The notes below the pieces were generated by a model. That model had not been told where the DNA came from, searched no databases, and saw only the letters and a program-made list of their open reading frames with translations. From Escherichia phage SM_S24: 43,039 nucleotides of DNA. Both the position numbers and the translations under genes were made by a program. The stretch lies in sequence record PP920554.1. One strand, 5' to 3'. This document shows positions 35,637 to 42,953 of the stretch, in pieces (within the stretch, counting starts at the first letter, position 1; every line of letters begins with the position of its first letter).

Positions 35637-37901
35637 ATGAGCTTAATTAAATTCGCTGTAACAAGACCCGCTAAAAAAGGCGAAAAAGCCAGGGCGGAAA
35701 ACTTCCAGATGACTACCGAAGAGTTTTTCGAATTTATCAATGATGCGAAAGAAATCTCCTCGGTGCATATCAACAAAACGGAAGATAAAGCCGAGTATGC
35801 ACGCCGCAAGCGTAAGGCCGACGGCATCGTGGCGTATACCAGTGACGGATTGCGTCGCAAGACCAGTGCGGTGGACCGCTCGATCCTGTTCTTCGATATT
35901 GACCGTACTGACACCCGCACCCTACGCCGCTGCCGTAAGGCGTTCATCGACGCGGGACTGGAGCACGTCTTCCACACCACAACCGGCGACCGTCACCCAC
36001 TGAAAGGTGGAACGCGTTGCGCTCGCTTCCTGGTGTTGACCGACAAGCCTGTACCGGCTGAAGACCTGGGCCGTGTCCAGTATGCGCTATTACACCAACT
36101 GGGCCTGTCAGATGTGGACTTCGACGACTGCACGAAAGACACAAACCGCCTTATGTACCTACCACACCAGCAGTCTGTTATTAAGTGCCACTATGGCAAG
36201 CGCGCCCGCGTCCGTCGTCTGCTTCGCCTGGCTGACAAGCTGGGAGTTGAGAAAGAGGAAGTCCGCCGCGAACTGACCCAGGGCGACGACGCAGTGGCAG
36301 ACGGCATTCTGGACTGGTGCTTCCAGGCAGGATTCGAGGAGTTATCTTCCGGTCGGGGTTATGAAGTGCCGTGCCCGAACGAACATCTGCACAGCGGCGA
36401 AGGGTCGACGGCTATCATGGTCAAGGATGGCGAGATCCGTTTCAAGTGTATGCACACAGGCAACGAGTGTTGCTCGGAACTGAATAGGCACCAGCACCTG
36501 GCGCTACGTCTTATCGGGATCCCGGACCACCTGAACGTCGAGCCACACAATATGTCCCGTAAGCAAATCGCCGCCATCCTTCCGGGGCTGGACGACGAAG
36601 AAGTCGAATCCTTATATGAACATATTGTTGATGCAGTTGGCGACGGCGAAGAATACGGCGTGTGCACCGATGCAGATCTGGATAACGAGCCGGTTGCGCT
36701 GTTCAGTAAGCACGACCCGATTATCGAGGGGTTGATTAACTTTAAATCGACCTGGTACATGGCGGGTGAGTCGAATATCGGTAAGTCTTTCTACGTGCTG
36801 GGCCAGATGGGTGCGGTTGCCGCGGGGATTCCGTTCGGCGGTGCGAAGGTCGTCCAGTCTCATTGCTTCTATTTCGACGCGGAAGGTGGTGAAGCCTCCA
36901 ACCAGCGTAAGGAAGCACTGCAGATCAAATATGAGCACGACCTGGATAAGCTGCACATTATAGACCTGCAGTCACGCGGCTGGGATATCACCAGCAAATC
37001 AGGCTTGCGCGAAGTTATCAGCTTTATCAACCGCACCGCTAACGGCGAACCGGTTGGCCTGGTGGCGTTCGACTCTCTCAACCAGACTGTTGCGCTGCGG
37101 TCCGCCGATGCTAAACCGTTCGACGAGAACAACGCCAGCGATATGGGCGAAGTGGTAAAAGCGCTGAAAGCCATCGCGGAAAATACCGGCGGCAGTGCTG
37201 GCGTCATCCACCACCCGGCGAAGGGTGCAAACGGCAGCAGATCCCCCCGCGGGTCCGGCGCGCTGCATGGTGCTGTTGATTCTGCGTTCTTCCTTGAGCA
37301 ACCGGACGACAACCAGCCAGGCCAATTGAACCTGTATCACGAAAAGGCACGTAACGGCATCAAGCAAGCGCCGCGTGGCTTCGTCCTGCTCAAGTGCAAG
37401 GTGAAGGTAGATCTCCGCAAGTCAGAAGCGTTCGCGTCGCACCAGTCCACCAGCACCGGTCCGGACTTCGGCGACGTGGTTGCCGGATGGGACGTCAAGC
37501 CGATTGCCTCCACGCCACGCGACGAGACTCTCTACCTCGTACCGGTTGCCCTGGCACCGTTCGCTATTGAACAGGCGAAGGCCGCGGGCAAAGCAGCAGT
37601 TAAAGAAGAGAACACCGCCGGACCGCGCAACGAAAAAGAGAAAGTGCTCTATGCGGCACTGGAAAAACTGATGGAAGATAACCCGGACCATACTGGATTC
37701 AGTAAATCGGCAATTGTCCGCCAGGCTGGGCTGGCAAAAGGTGGCACTTCGACGAAGGCAATCGACGATATGGTGGAGCGAGGAGTGATAGGTTTTTACA
37801 CCGATCCGCACACCGGGGCCATCTATGGGTCGTCTAATTTGGTCATCAAATCGGATATACCCATCACGCTTTCAGCGACCGATGACGATTTAAAAGATTA
37901 A
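35637..37901 (+). CDS. primase-helicase (AEP-type primase, zinc-binding region, P-loop NTPase)
   Basis: 754 aa; N-terminal DxD-type motif ILFFDIDRTD, Cys/His cluster CPNEHLHSGE...CMHTGNEC, Walker A GESNIGKS and Walker B-like LVAFDSL; iteron array begins at its stop codon. Confidence 0.7.
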   Translation: MSLIKFAVTRPAKKGEKARAENFQMTTEEFFEFINDAKEISSVHINKTEDKAEYARRKRKADGIVAYTSDGLRRKTSAVDRSILFFDIDRTDTRTLRRCRKAFIDAGLEHVFHTTTGDRHPLKGGTRCARFLVLTDKPVPAEDLGRVQYALLHQLGLSDVDFDDCTKDTNRLMYLPHQQSVIKCHYGKRARVRRLLRLADKLGVEKEEVRRELTQGDDAVADGILDWCFQAGFEELSSGRGYEVPCPNEHLHSGEGSTAIMVKDGEIRFKCMHTGNECCSELNRHQHLALRLIGIPDHLNVEPHNMSRKQIAAILPGLDDEEVESLYEHIVDAVGDGEEYGVCTDADLDNEPVALFSKHDPIIEGLINFKSTWYMAGESNIGKSFYVLGQMGAVAAGIPFGGAKVVQSHCFYFDAEGGEASNQRKEALQIKYEHDLDKLHIIDLQSRGWDITSKSGLREVISFINRTANGEPVGLVAFDSLNQTVALRSADAKPFDENNASDMGEVVKALKAIAENTGGSAGVIHHPAKGANGSRSPRGSGALHGAVDSAFFLEQPDDNQPGQLNLYHEKARNGIKQAPRGFVLLKCKVKVDLRKSEAFASHQSTSTGPDFGDVVAGWDVKPIASTPRDETLYLVPVALAPFAIEQAKAAGKAAVKEENTAGPRNEKEKVLYAALEKLMEDNPDHTGFSKSAIVRQAGLAKGGTSTKAIDDMVERGVIGFYTDPHTGAIYGSSNLVIKSDIPITLSATDDDLKD

Positions 37902-38167
37902 ATTTTGCGCGCATTGGTCGCCGTTATGGGAATCCCCATATCGGTAAAAGATTAAATTTTGCGCGCATTGGTCGCCGTTATGGGAATCCCCATATCGGTA
38001 AAAGATTAAATTTTGCGCGCATTGGTTGCCATTTTGCGTGCTTTTAGCCGGTCGTTAAAAGATTAAATTTTGCGCGCATTGGTCGCCGTTATGGGAATCC
38101 CCATATCGGTAAAAGATTAAATTTTGCGCGCATTGGTTGCCATTTTGCGTGCTTTTAGCCGGTCGTA
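37892..38167. repeat. iteron array, candidate origin of replication
   Basis: five tandem 54-57 bp units (A-A-B-A-B) sharing core AAAAGATTAAATTTTGCGCGCATTGGT(C/T)GCC with the 8-bp palindrome TGCGCGCA; begins at the primase-helicase stop codon. Confidence 0.6.
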
Positions 38168-38194
38168 TTGGTTGCCGTGTAGTGTAAATATAAT
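38168..38194 (+). promoter_or_regulatory. promoter-like element upstream of GGGACA array B
   Basis: perfect TATAAT at about 38189-38194 with weak -35 (TTGGTT, 15-nt spacer) inside an ATTGGTTGCC box. Confidence 0.35.
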
Positions 38195-38224
38195 GAATAG
38201 TTATGCAGTTTTATTGCATAAAGT

Positions 38225-38330
38225 AAGCGGGACAAAAAGCGGGACAGACCAGGGGCGGGACAAAGCGGGACAGCACCCTGTCCCGCCCCGGATGACGCGG
38301 CCTGGCGAGGAGCGGGACAGCGGGACAGCA
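38225..38330 (+). repeat. array B of GCGGGACA(R) octamers
   Basis: copies at about 38227, 38239, 38255, 38265, 38312, 38321 plus inverted TGTCCCGC at 38279; preceded by a TTATGCA/TGCATAA inverted pair and a TATAAT box. Confidence 0.8.
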
Positions 38331-38383
38331 CCCCAGTCTTTCAGACTAGACGGGGGGTCTGGCACCCCCCTCGTCTGAGACTG
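38331..38383 (+). other. conserved imperfect hairpin element, copy 2
   Basis: CCCCAGTCTTTCAGACTAGACGGGGGG-TCTGGCA-CCCCCCTCGTCTGAGACTG; arms identical to copy 1. Confidence 0.75.
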
Positions 38384-38542
38384 CATAAAATCCGGGATTG
38401 CATAACGCACGGCAACAAGATGCGAATTGCGGTCGTCGATGAACTAGGCAACCAATGCGCGTTGCAGAATGGTGGGCGAAAAATGCAGTTTGCAGTTGCA
38501 GCAGATAGCGATCAACTTTTTCATGCGCGTGATTAATATTGG

Positions 38543-38571
38543 TTGCATTCACCCTGGCACCCTGCTATTTT
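38543..38571 (+). promoter_or_regulatory. promoter-like element upstream of the 38600 operon
   Basis: TTGCAT-17 nt-TATTTT; -35 inside ATTGGTTGCAT, second TTGGTTGCA just downstream; region nearly identical to the moron 5' region. Confidence 0.45.
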
Positions 38572-38599
38572 GGTTGCACACCAACAAGAGGACTGAACG

Positions 38600-38926
38600 A
38601 TGAGAGCGATTATCTGGAATTACGCAATGGCTATGGCGGCGGCACAAGAAGCGGCGGAGTTCGCCGGTGAAGGAGCGGAAGCGGTCGAAAGACTATCGGC
38701 AGCGTGGTCCGTTGTTCGCGTTACGCAGCAGGCCATCGCCTGTATGCTGGAGCGCCGCTTCGACACTATGGCAGAGATTCAGCCACTGGCGAACGCTATC
38801 CAGGATTACGCGCTTGCCTTTGCCCGTGAGCGCCTGGCGTATCGCTTCGGGATCGGCGAGACGGCAGTGACTAACGTCGCCCGGATTAAAGCCCAGCGTG
38901 AGCTATTCTCCCAGCTTGCGAAATAA
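38600..38926 (+). CDS. hypothetical protein
   Basis: 108 aa, RBS AAGAGGA 7 nt upstream; first gene after the second GGGACA array. Confidence 0.45.
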   Translation: MRAIIWNYAMAMAAAQEAAEFAGEGAEAVERLSAAWSVVRVTQQAIACMLERRFDTMAEIQPLANAIQDYALAFARERLAYRFGIGETAVTNVARIKAQRELFSQLAK

Positions 38927-38935
38927 GAGGCCAAA

Positions 38936-39205
38936 ATGACCCGTAGACGCGCAAAACAGCTTTCGTGGCATATTCCCCTGCATTGCATACGAATATGGGC
39001 TAAGAATGCGAATGCGGGGGATTCTGTATTCTGGTGTTATCGCGACGACGTTAAGCCGTTGACGCAGACTCGCTACTTGCACCAGTTCGCAGCACAACAC
39101 GATTTCAGGGTGCGGACTTCCTTGCAACCAACGGGAATACGTATTACATTACGCCGGAAGCCCGCCGTTGAGCGGGTAGGCAAACACTGGAGACTGAGCA
39201 AATGA
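38936..39205 (+). CDS. hypothetical basic protein
   Basis: 89 aa, RBS AAGAGG; Arg/Lys-rich. Confidence 0.45.
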   Translation: MTRRRAKQLSWHIPLHCIRIWAKNANAGDSVFWCYRDDVKPLTQTRYLHQFAAQHDFRVRTSLQPTGIRITLRRKPAVERVGKHWRLSK

Positions 39206-39354
39206 CACCAATGCAAATAACGCTAATGGCAGGGTATTCGCAGCAATTCGTAGACCTGTTATCTTGCATTGCGGACTATGAGATGGACGGCATCGCTACG
39301 GTGTGCGATGGCGACACGAAGACTGTCGACGAGATTGAGGAGACTGAGCAATGA
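39202..39354 (+). CDS. hypothetical small protein
   Basis: 50 aa, ATG 39202 with GGAG upstream, ATGA coupling to the next gene; below the track size cutoff. Confidence 0.3.
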   Translation: MTPMQITLMAGYSQQFVDLLSCIADYEMDGIATVCDGDTKTVDEIEETEQ

Positions 39355-39923
39355 AATTACTATTCCGCCGTAAAGCAGATGGCTACCTAATGCGGCCGAT
39401 CCAGGCCCTTGCTACATGCGTGCGCTTGCGCCATGTACACAGCGGACTTGAGTGCCTGGCAGATACGGTTCACCTACCGGCAAACTTTGACGTACTCACA
39501 CATGATATTGAGCGCGGCGATGTTCTGCGTGACATTCGCGACGGGCAGCTATGGATCGTGGAACGCACCTACCGGAACGGCCTGCGTATGCAGACCCGCA
39601 AGGGCGGCGTAGTGGGTAACGTTCAGAGGGGTATGACTTACTTCGGCCTTGTCAACTACGAACGAGTGGGCCGCAAATACTGCCTACGCAACCGCCAGCC
39701 TCATGACCGCGTTGAGTTCCGCAAGTCGCAGCCCGCCTATGCCACCTACGACGCCCACCAGGTGCAGGCGAGGATGAAACGCACCGCGCACGAAATCGTC
39801 AATCGCTTTGATGCCGTGACAAACGCACAGCGCCGTGCGCAGGAATACGGCGTTGGATTCATCCGGGTGGAACGAGACGGCAGCATGAAGGCCATCGACC
39901 CGCGCTCGGTGATTCTGAAATGA
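39351..39923 (+). CDS. hypothetical protein
   Basis: 190 aa, RBS GAGGAG; no motif recognised. Confidence 0.45.
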   Translation: MKLLFRRKADGYLMRPIQALATCVRLRHVHSGLECLADTVHLPANFDVLTHDIERGDVLRDIRDGQLWIVERTYRNGLRMQTRKGGVVGNVQRGMTYFGLVNYERVGRKYCLRNRQPHDRVEFRKSQPAYATYDAHQVQARMKRTAHEIVNRFDAVTNAQRRAQEYGVGFIRVERDGSMKAIDPRSVILK

Positions 39924-40060
39924 GTGCGACGATCCGCGATATGCTTCAGCATAACCGCTTTGAGATAGGCGGTCGGGTATTTCGCAATTACTTCGTGGCG
40001 CGGGCATGGGCGCGCCATATTGGCAAACCAGAGGGGGCAATACGATGCTACACGATTTGA
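39920..40060 (+). CDS. hypothetical small protein
   Basis: 46 aa, ATGA coupling with the upstream gene; hand-translated, below the track cutoff. Confidence 0.25.
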   Translation: MSATIRDMLQHNRFEIGGRVFRNYFVARAWARHIGKPEGAIRCYTI

Positions 40061-40332
40061 TATATTGGTTTGGATTGGGGTGCGCGACACTCTTTGCCAC
40101 GGTGCTGGCGCTGTTGGTATGGGTGTTCCTGATTTGGCCCGCGGTGGAGGCAGCCAGCATTACCCGCATGACGTTCCAGATATACAAGCGCCGTGGCATC
40201 ACTGAGCACCCTACCAGGTTGCGCATGTGGTGGCTATGGTATCGGGATATGATAGGGGGCCGGATGTTCGAGGCCGTCCGATCGGAAGGGTGGGAGTGGA
40301 AAGGCGTCGGCAAGTGGTCCATTTTCGATTAA
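40045..40332 (+). CDS. small membrane protein (hypothetical)
   Basis: 95 aa from ATG 40045 (RBS GAGGGGG); hydrophobic helix LGCATLFATVLALLVWVFLIW. Confidence 0.35.
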   Translation: MLHDLIYWFGLGCATLFATVLALLVWVFLIWPAVEAASITRMTFQIYKRRGITEHPTRLRMWWLWYRDMIGGRMFEAVRSEGWEWKGVGKWSIFD

Positions 40333-40343
40333 TTATGCAAGCG

Positions 40344-40352
40344 TGATATAGT
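40344..40352 (+). promoter_or_regulatory. extended -10-like element (TGaTATAGT) inside the 5' arm of the pre-holin hairpin
   Basis: TG, one nt, TATAGT; a transcript started here would begin within the hairpin stem. Confidence 0.3.
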
Positions 40353-40384
40353 CCCAGTGAGCTAAAACTTACTGGGACTTTTTT
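40350..40384 (+). terminator. intrinsic terminator hairpin immediately upstream of the holin start codon
   Basis: AGTCCCAGTGAG-CTAAAA-CTTACTGGGACT followed by TTTTTT; the T-run ends at the holin ATG. Confidence 0.6.
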
Positions 40385-40675
40385 ATGGATAAGCTAAACG
40401 AGTGGTTATTTGCCCTCGCATGTCTGGCTGGCGGCTTCGTAGGCGCACGCATTCATGGCGAGGCTACGAAAGGGCCGCTAAACTTCGTTTTATATATCGT
40501 AGTTGGCTTCCTGTGTGCCATATTTGGTGCGCCAGCTATCGCCGAGTGGGCGGGCTTATCTGGCGAGCGCACTGTCGCCGGTTTGGGCTTCGTAACTGCA
40601 ATCTTCTGGATGCCAATAGCCGCCCGGATCAGGGGGACTATTGAGTCGTTCCGACTTCCGGGGGGCGCAAAATGA
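40385..40675 (+). CDS. holin (putative)
   Basis: 96 aa with two to three hydrophobic segments; immediately upstream of the endolysin gene and preceded by a terminator hairpin. Confidence 0.5.
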   Translation: MDKLNEWLFALACLAGGFVGARIHGEATKGPLNFVLYIVVGFLCAIFGAPAIAEWAGLSGERTVAGLGFVTAIFWMPIAARIRGTIESFRLPGGAK

Positions 40676-40917
40676 GTATCACCGTCCTTTTGTTTGTTAT
40701 CATCGGGGCTTCGTCCCTGTTTAACGTGTATGCGCCGTCCGTTCAGGATGGCTTCTTCGGTCGGGTGTTATATCTGCTTACGGCGATGGTCTGCATTATC
40801 GGACTGTTGCAAACCGGAGACGTATCTGACGCCACCTGGACCGCGTTAATCTGGTTGTTTGCATTGCGCACGCTGCGTAATGCTGTTCTAAATGGGGTAA
40901 AACATGCGATTCAGTGA
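40672..40917 (+). CDS. holin/antiholin-like small membrane protein
   Basis: 81 aa with two hydrophobic helices; overlaps both the upstream holin and the endolysin start. Confidence 0.4.
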   Translation: MSITVLLFVIIGASSLFNVYAPSVQDGFFGRVLYLLTAMVCIIGLLQTGDVSDATWTALIWLFALRTLRNAVLNGVKHAIQ

Positions 40918-41395
40918 CAACGGTCTAAGATTTACGGCAGCATGGGAGCAATTCAGCCCAGTGCCGTATTTTGCGACTAAGAAAGAGCAGGCACGCGGCC
41001 TGTACACCTGGGGCTATGGGCACACCGGCACTAATCCGCCGCGGAGCATTACCCGTGCGGAAGCACTGGAGCTACTCAAGCGCGACGTGGCGTATGCCGA
41101 AAACTGGGTGAACAAGTACGCACACCCGAGCATCAATCAGGCGCAATTCGACGCGCTGGTGGACCTGGTTATCAATGCCGGTCCAGGTCCGATCATGCCG
41201 GACAACATCGCCAACGACTTTGACGACGCGGTGCGCCTGGGTGACTGGGCGAAGGTCCGTGCGACTCTGCCGCAGTTCCGCAAGCAAGGCGGGGAAGTGC
41301 TGAAAGGGCTGGTCCGTCGAGCAATCGGCAGGCAGGCGCTATTCGATGGTAAGCAGTGGGACGTTGCCGAGAAAATCGGTCGTAACGCAGCATAA
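40904..41395 (+). CDS. endolysin, lysozyme-like (GH24-type)
   Basis: 163 aa; TAAWEQF...GLYTWGYGHTG signature resembling T4/lambda-type lysozymes; lysis-cassette position. Confidence 0.8.
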   Translation: MRFSDNGLRFTAAWEQFSPVPYFATKKEQARGLYTWGYGHTGTNPPRSITRAEALELLKRDVAYAENWVNKYAHPSINQAQFDALVDLVINAGPGPIMPDNIANDFDDAVRLGDWAKVRATLPQFRKQGGEVLKGLVRRAIGRQALFDGKQWDVAEKIGRNAA

Positions 41396-41411
41396 TACGA
41401 GGTAACACAGT

Positions 41412-41573
41412 ATGCTAAAAAGTATTCTTGATCATAATGCCGACGCGCTCGCCGCGCTGGCTAAAACCGAAGACCCAGGCGCACGCGCCATTATCGCGGA
41501 CACTATCAGTCACGCTGGCGTCTTTGACGCGAAGCTGCCGAGTCCGCCACCGCCCGCAGAGCCAGAAGAGTAA
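41412..41573 (+). CDS. hypothetical small protein
   Basis: 53 aa (MLKSILDHNADALAALAKTEDPGARAIIADTISHAGVFDAKLPSPPPPAEPEE), followed by an intrinsic terminator. Confidence 0.3.
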   Translation: MLKSILDHNADALAALAKTEDPGARAIIADTISHAGVFDAKLPSPPPPAEPEE

Positions 41574-41578
41574 ACCAC

Positions 41579-41604
41579 AAGCCCGGTTAATTCCGGGCTT
41601 TTTA
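41579..41604 (+). terminator. intrinsic terminator after the lysis cassette
   Basis: AGCCCGG-TTAATT-CCGGGCT followed by TTTTAT. Confidence 0.6.
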
Positions 41605-41608
41605 TTGC

Positions 41609-41638
41609 TTGACTTGCAACCAATTAATAGCTCATACT
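41609..41638 (+). promoter_or_regulatory. promoter-like element upstream of the leader-like peptide and HTH-phosphoesterase gene
   Basis: TTGACT then TGCAACCAAT in the spacer, -10-like CATACT, second TGCGACCAAT downstream. Confidence 0.4.
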
Positions 41639-41668
41639 GCGACCAATCAACGAGAGGAGTAATACACT

Positions 41669-41749
41669 ATGGCACGTAATGATATTTGGGTATTGGCAAT
41701 CTGGTCAGCCGCGGGATTTATCGGTATGGTTATTTGCGAATTGATATAG
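41669..41749 (+). CDS. hydrophobic mini-ORF (leader-like peptide)
   Basis: 26 aa (MARNDIWVLAIWSAAGFIGMVICELI) with RBS AGGAG 9 nt upstream, followed by a perfect 9-bp hairpin; may be regulatory rather than a stable protein. Confidence 0.2.
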   Translation: MARNDIWVLAIWSAAGFIGMVICELI

Positions 41750-41810
41750 CCCGCCGCCATACGGACCGTGGTATATTGTCCACGGTCCACTAATCAGGAA
41801 TTAATTAAAT

Positions 41811-42953
41811 ATGCACCCGCAAACTAAAATTACCGATGAGCAATTGATCGCAGAAATTCAGGCAGGGACTACGGTTAAAGATATTGCGAAGAAATACGGG
41901 ATTGCCCTACGCAATGTTTATATGCGGAAAGCCCGCCTGTCGAAAAAAGGCATTGGACACGGCAACGATGCCGTAATACGCAAGCGCGTTGCCGATGGGT
42001 TTGGGGTTAAGCGCGTATCGGCCCTGGTGCGCGGCAATGGCGAAGAGGTCATGTCGTGGGTCATCACTGAGCAGGACAAAGAGCGCCAACTCGAAGCCAT
42101 GCGCGCTGTTGTCGAGGGTATGAACAGCGAAATCACACCGGCAGCGCCAGTAAAAGCCCCGCCAGTACCGATCCAGGCGCTAGACTTGCTCAACCTGTAC
42201 ACCGTGTCAGACTTCCACCTGGGCATGTTGGCATGGGGCGAGGAGACTGGCGAAGACTGGGATATGGCGATCGCCGAAGACCTGTTCTACCGCTGGTTTG
42301 TCGAAGCCTTCGCACGCGCCCCGGACGCAGGCACTGCCGTGATCAATATCCTCGGCGATATGGCGCACTTTGATAGCCTTGATGCCGTCACACCGGCAAG
42401 CGGTCACGTATTGGACGCCGACACCCGATACCAGAAGTTAGTCCGCTACATGATCCGCATGGTGCGCAACGTGGTAGACCTAGCGCTGCAAAAACACCAC
42501 AAAGTCAAACTGCTAATCGTCCAGGGTAATCATGACGAGTCAGGCATGATTTGGCTTGCTGAGATGTTCAACACGCTGTACGAGAACGAGCCGCGCGTCG
42601 ATGTGGATACGTCCCCGGACGTCTACAAAATGGTGCAGCACGGTAAGACCACGCTATTCTTCCACCACGGGCACAAAGCGCGCTTCGATGCTATCGAAAC
42701 CGTCATGATTTCTAAATTCAGACAGGCGTTCGGGTCGAGCGAATACAGCTACGCGCATGTCGGTCACTTGCACCACCAGAAGATTGTTGAATCCCGCAAC
42801 ATGATTGTTGAACAGCACCGGACCCTCGCAGCGAAAGACGCATATGCCAGCCGTGGTGGTTGGATGTCCGGTCGCAGTGCCAACGTAATCACCTATAGCG
42901 CCAACTACGGCGAAGTGGCGCGCTTAACCATTAGCCCGGAAATGTTGAAGTAA
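41811..42953 (+). CDS. HTH domain + calcineurin-like metallophosphoesterase (SbcD/Mre11-like motif set)
   Basis: 380 aa; N-terminal HTH-like TVKDIAKKYGIALRNVYMRK; motifs SDFHLG, GDMAHFD, QGNHDE, FHHGH, GHLHHQ in the canonical metallophosphoesterase order. Confidence 0.55.
   Translation: MHPQTKITDEQLIAEIQAGTTVKDIAKKYGIALRNVYMRKARLSKKGIGHGNDAVIRKRVADGFGVKRVSALVRGNGEEVMSWVITEQDKERQLEAMRAVVEGMNSEITPAAPVKAPPVPIQALDLLNLYTVSDFHLGMLAWGEETGEDWDMAIAEDLFYRWFVEAFARAPDAGTAVINILGDMAHFDSLDAVTPASGHVLDADTRYQKLVRYMIRMVRNVVDLALQKHHKVKLLIVQGNHDESGMIWLAEMFNTLYENEPRVDVDTSPDVYKMVQHGKTTLFFHHGHKARFDAIETVMISKFRQAFGSSEYSYAHVGHLHHQKIVESRNMIVEQHRTLAAKDAYASRGGWMSGRSANVITYSANYGEVARLTISPEMLK

Noticed and set aside
37892-38167. 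Possible CRISPR array (regularly spaced ~54-bp repeats)
   Set aside because: The units are contiguous with no unique spacers between them, come in two variants, and no cas genes are nearby; an iteron/origin interpretation fits better.
38556-38578. Possible sigma54 promoter (TGGCAC ... TTGCA)
   Set aside because: The spacing between the TGGCAC and TTGCA elements is about 13 nt instead of the required 4-5 nt, so GG and GC are not at -24/-12.
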